The position numbers and the translations under genes are program-made. The notes under the pieces are model-generated. The model ran no database searches and had not been told where the DNA came from. It saw only the letters and a list, made by a program, of their open reading frames with translations. This document shows, piece by piece, positions 61,252 to 64,000 of a DNA stretch of 64,000 nucleotides. Source of the DNA: an uncultured Clostridia bacterium (GTDB lineage Bacteria > Bacillota > Clostridia > Christensenellales > CAG-917); assembly GCA_947625225.1 (NCBI GenBank), contig CANQNQ010000004.1, positions 443-64,442 of the forward strand, written 5' to 3'. Position 1 is the stretch's first letter. Every line of letters begins with the position of its first letter.

Positions 61252-62037
61252 TTACGCGTTATTGGTCGCGTCGGCGGGCGCGGCGTTTTGGGCGTCGGCG
61301 CTTATCAGTGAGATGTAACCCTCGCCCACGTTATCCTTTTCCCAACGCCTTGCTATCCTGTATCCGATGGGCGAGAACACCACCTCGCACAGCAACTCCA
61401 CCAACATACCCGTGAGGGAGCAGGTGACGCATTGCAAAATGCTCCAGCCGAAGAAGTTGAGACTGACGATGAGGCTGAACAGCATGTTGTCCACAAACTG
61501 TCCCACCATGGTGGACACATAACTACGCACCGCAAACGCGCCGAATCCGCGACTTTTGAGCGCCTTGCCCAGCGCCCAGTTGAGCAGGTTGTTGACCACC
61601 GCCGAACACAAAAACGCGATAGTGCTGCCCATCACGACGTACCAAGTGCCCGCAAAAGTGTTGTTGAGCGCGGTGTTGATGACGTCCTCGCTGCCCTCCA
61701 CAAAACTCTCTCCCCACACGCCGGGGATGCGAGAAGCAATGAACAGTATTAGCGCCAACAACAGGTTTATGAAAGCCGCGATAAACGACAGTTTGATGGC
61801 CGCCTTTGGTCCGAAGCGCCTTACCGTGATGTCCATGGTGAGGAAGGACAGCCAGCTGAGCAGTATGCCCGCGTCCAGCGCAAGCCAGCTTACGCCGGTG
61901 TCGATGCTCTTGTTGGCAAGCAGGTTCATGCCTATCACCGAGATGACAAACAGCGCCATCGTCACGGCGGGCATGCCTCTTAAGAGCGCCTTGGTCTGAG
62001 CAAACTCTCTTGACAGCAACGTCTTGAATTTTTCCAT
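61252..62037 (-). CDS. yhhQ: Queuosine-precursor transporter (YhhQ/VUT family)
   Basis: Polytopic protein with FLTMDITVRRFGPK and YVSTMVGQFVDNMLF, and a preQ1-I riboswitch directly upstream. Confidence 0.8.
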   Translation of the reverse strand: MEKFKTLLSREFAQTKALLRGMPAVTMALFVISVIGMNLLANKSIDTGVSWLALDAGILLSWLSFLTMDITVRRFGPKAAIKLSFIAAFINLLLALILFIASRIPGVWGESFVEGSEDVINTALNNTFAGTWYVVMGSTIAFLCSAVVNNLLNWALGKALKSRGFGAFAVRSYVSTMVGQFVDNMLFSLIVSLNFFGWSILQCVTCSLTGMLVELLCEVVFSPIGYRIARRWEKDNVGEGYISLISADAQNAAPADATNNA

Positions 62038-62043
62038 GAAAAA

Positions 62044-62086
62044 AACTCCTTTTTGATATTTTAATAGCGGGTTAGGACACCGCTAT
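62044..62086 (-). promoter_or_regulatory. preQ1-I riboswitch
   Basis: The minus strand reads AGCGG UGUCCUAAC CCGCU AUUAAAAUAUCAAAAAGGAG: a 5-bp stem, a loop ending UAAC-CC, and an A-rich tail running into the SD. It parallels the T. tengcongensis aptamer CUGGGUCGCAGUAACCCCAGUUAACAAAACAAGG (recalled). Confidence 0.75.
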
Positions 62087-62154
62087 TTCAAAATGCCGCA
62101 AGGCATTCCGAATATTTTCCGCCCTCGAACAAGTCGGGGGCTTATCTTGCCACT

Positions 62155-62184
62155 ACTATACACCTACCGCCGACCTCACGTCAA
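62155..62184 (-). promoter_or_regulatory. Sigma-A-type promoter candidate for the preQ1 riboswitch-yhhQ unit
   Basis: The minus strand reads TTGACG (62184-62179), 18-bp spacer, TATAGT (62160-62155). Confidence 0.5.
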
Positions 62185-62212
62185 GCGAATACGGCGGGTA
62201 TATTTTAAGCCG

Positions 62213-63244
62213 TTATTTTAGCGGAACGGTGGCTTTTGCGTCCAGGTCCAGCCCGTCCGGCTCCGCCCCGTCACGTATGGCAAAGCACGCCGCCGCGCCT
62301 ATCATCGCGGCGTTGTCCGTGCAATATTTCAGCTTGGGATAGTGCACCTCGCACCCCTGCGCCTTCAGCGCGTCCATGCGCGCCCTGAGCAGTTCGTTGG
62401 CGCTTACGCCGCCCGCGACAGCCAATTTTTTGACGCCCGTGCGCGAAATTATCTCGCCCAGCACGTCCATCAGCTGCCCCACCGCCGCCTGCTGAAAACT
62501 TGCGGCGATGTCAGCGCGCGGAAGGGGCTGCCCCGTCTGCTCGAAGCGATGCGCCAGATTTATCACGTAAGTTTTGAGGCCGCTGTAGCTGAAGTACAGC
62601 TCCTCGCCCAACTTGACGGAGGGCATGGCGAAGGACGGCTGTCCCTCGCGTGCCAACTTCTGTATCTCGGGGCCGCCGGGGTACGGCAATCCCAATATGC
62701 GCGCCACTTTGTCAAACGCCTCGCCCGCGGCGTCGTCGCGGCTTGTTGCCAGCACGGATATGTCGCTGTAGTTTTCCACCATCACCACCGCGGTGTGTCC
62801 GCCGCTTGCCAGCAGGCAGAGATAGGGCGGTTTGAGGTCACTGTCTATATAGTTCGCGGCGATGTGTCCCTTGATGTGCGACACCTTAAACAGCGGCTTG
62901 TCCCACGCGTAGGCAAGTCCCTTTGCGAAGTTGACGCCAACAAGCAGCGCGCCCAGCAGACCCGCGCCGTAGGTGACGGCGATCGCGTCTATGTCGTCCC
63001 TTGTAAGCCCCGCCTGCTCCATTGCCTCCTTGACTACATTCTCTATGGCGAGCGTGTGATTGCGGCTGGCGATCTCGGGGACCACCCCGCCGAACCTGCG
63101 ATGTATCTCTATCTGAGTTGCGACCACATTGGAAAGTACCGTCCTGCCGTCGCGGACGACGGCGCAGGCGGTTTCGTCACAGCTGGACTCGATCGCCAGC
63201 ACTGTAAGCGTAGGTTTGTCCTTAAGTCTTTCCATATTGCTCAA
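62213..63244 (-). CDS. tsaD: tRNA N6-adenosine threonylcarbamoyltransferase
   Basis: LAIESSCDETA, HIKGHI, SGGHT, GGVSAN. Confidence 0.95.
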   Translation of the reverse strand: MSNMERLKDKPTLTVLAIESSCDETACAVVRDGRTVLSNVVATQIEIHRRFGGVVPEIASRNHTLAIENVVKEAMEQAGLTRDDIDAIAVTYGAGLLGALLVGVNFAKGLAYAWDKPLFKVSHIKGHIAANYIDSDLKPPYLCLLASGGHTAVVMVENYSDISVLATSRDDAAGEAFDKVARILGLPYPGGPEIQKLAREGQPSFAMPSVKLGEELYFSYSGLKTYVINLAHRFEQTGQPLPRADIAASFQQAAVGQLMDVLGEIISRTGVKKLAVAGGVSANELLRARMDALKAQGCEVHYPKLKYCTDNAAMIGAAACFAIRDGAEPDGLDLDAKATVPLK

Positions 63245-63322
63245 AACAGCATTATCGCCGTTTTATCAACTCATTCTTGGGTCTTTAAGCGGCGGTCCTG
63301 TTGTATTTACACTTTTGCTATT

Positions 63323-64000
63323 TCACTCCTGAATGGAGCTGAGCTTGAGGTATTCGTTGATAAATCCCTCCAGATCTCCGTCCATGACTGCCTGCACGTT
63401 GCCCGTTTCGTAGCCCGTTCGGTGATCCTTGACCATAGTGTACGGGCAGAATACGTAGCTGCGTATCTGGCTGCCCCACTCTATCTTTTTTAGTTGGCCG
63501 CTTATCGCCGCCGCCTCTTCCTCGCGTTCGCGCTCCCTGCGCTCGATAAGTTTTGAACGCAGCATCTGCATGGCGACTTCCCTGTTCTGTATCTGGCTGC
63601 GCTCGTTCTGGCACGCCACTATGATGCCCGTTGGGATGTGCGTGATGCGGATGGCGCTCTCCGTCTTGTTGACGTGCTGGCCGCCCGCGCCGCTTGAACG
63701 GTAGGTGTCCACCTTGAGGTCCTCGGGACGTATCTCTATCTCGGAGGTGTCGATTATCTCCGGCATAACTTCGAGGGACGCAAATGAGGTGTGCCTCCTT
63801 GCGTTGGCGTCAAAGGGGGAGATGCGCACCAGCCTGTGCACTCCCTTTTCCGCCTTGAGGTAGCCGTACGCGTTGTCGCCCTCCACCCTGAAGGTGACGC
63901 TCTTTATGCCCGCCTCGTCGCCAGCGAGGTAGTCAAGCTCAGTACAACTCCAGCCCTCGCGCTCCACGTAGCGCGTGTACATCCTGTACAGCATGGAGCA
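63323..64000 (-). CDS. prfB: Peptide chain release factor 2 (5' part outside the window)
   Basis: SPF tripeptide (RISPFD) and [20 protein letters not shown]. The frame stays open to the window end. Confidence 0.93.
   Translation of the reverse strand, partial: CSMLYRMYTRYVEREGWSCTELDYLAGDEAGIKSVTFRVEGDNAYGYLKAEKGVHRLVRISPFDANARRHTSFASLEVMPEIIDTSEIEIRPEDLKVDTYRSSGAGGQHVNKTESAIRITHIPTGIIVACQNERSQIQNREVAMQMLRSKLIERREREREEEAAAISGQLKKIEWGSQIRSYVFCPYTMVKDHRTGYETGNVQAVMDGDLEGFINEYLKLSSIQE

Overview
This 64-kb chromosomal segment looks like it comes from a moderately GC-rich, spore-forming Firmicute (Clostridia-like). The evidence is SpoVFA/B, SpmA/B, Gram-positive GGAGG-type RBSs and lipobox lipoproteins. 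I support about 62 protein genes. I saw no rRNA, tRNA or CRISPR array.

Housekeeping content:
- gap and GTP-PEPCK.
- A complete 8-gene aromatic amino-acid operon (aroF-tyrA-aroB-aroA-aroC-pheA-aroE/K-aroQ, minus strand).
- Class-I fumarase plus malic enzyme.
- asd-dapA and spoVFA-spoVFB.
- metG-tatD-radical SAM-rsmA, spmAB, cysK and perR-rubrerythrin.
- ybxF-rpsL-rpsG-fusA-tuf running straight into rpmG-secE-nusG-rplKAJL, with no rpoBC.
- A preQ1-I riboswitch-yhhQ unit, tsaD and a partial prfB.

Unusual content, most interesting first:
1. An interspersed ~30-nt motif with core CAATACAGGT. It has 9 exact and at least 10 near copies, on both strands, in spacers, at terminators and inside unrelated CDSs. 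Its architecture resembles a DNA-uptake sequence or a phased protein-binding array.
2. A Tyr/Phe-rich 20-codon leader ORF with alternative hairpins upstream of aroF, which is a candidate ribosome-mediated attenuator.
3. A RayT-like Y1 transposase next to GGGGACGGAGC-arm palindromes, with an orphan perfect copy 38 kb away (REPtron-like).
4. A 1926-aa BspA-type LRR lipoprotein plus an orphan P-loop ATPase and a palindrome/structured spacer, wedged between dapA and spoVF.
5. An uncharacterised 3-gene operon: polytopic membrane protein, TPR protein, and an acidic protein with a Cys/His-rich tail.
6. An ECF S-component split by a ~118-aa acidic insert, behind a terminator-containing riboswitch-like leader.
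7. A histidine kinase whose only membrane segments are C-terminal.

All calls rest on reading the sequence and on recall of protein families. No database search was run.
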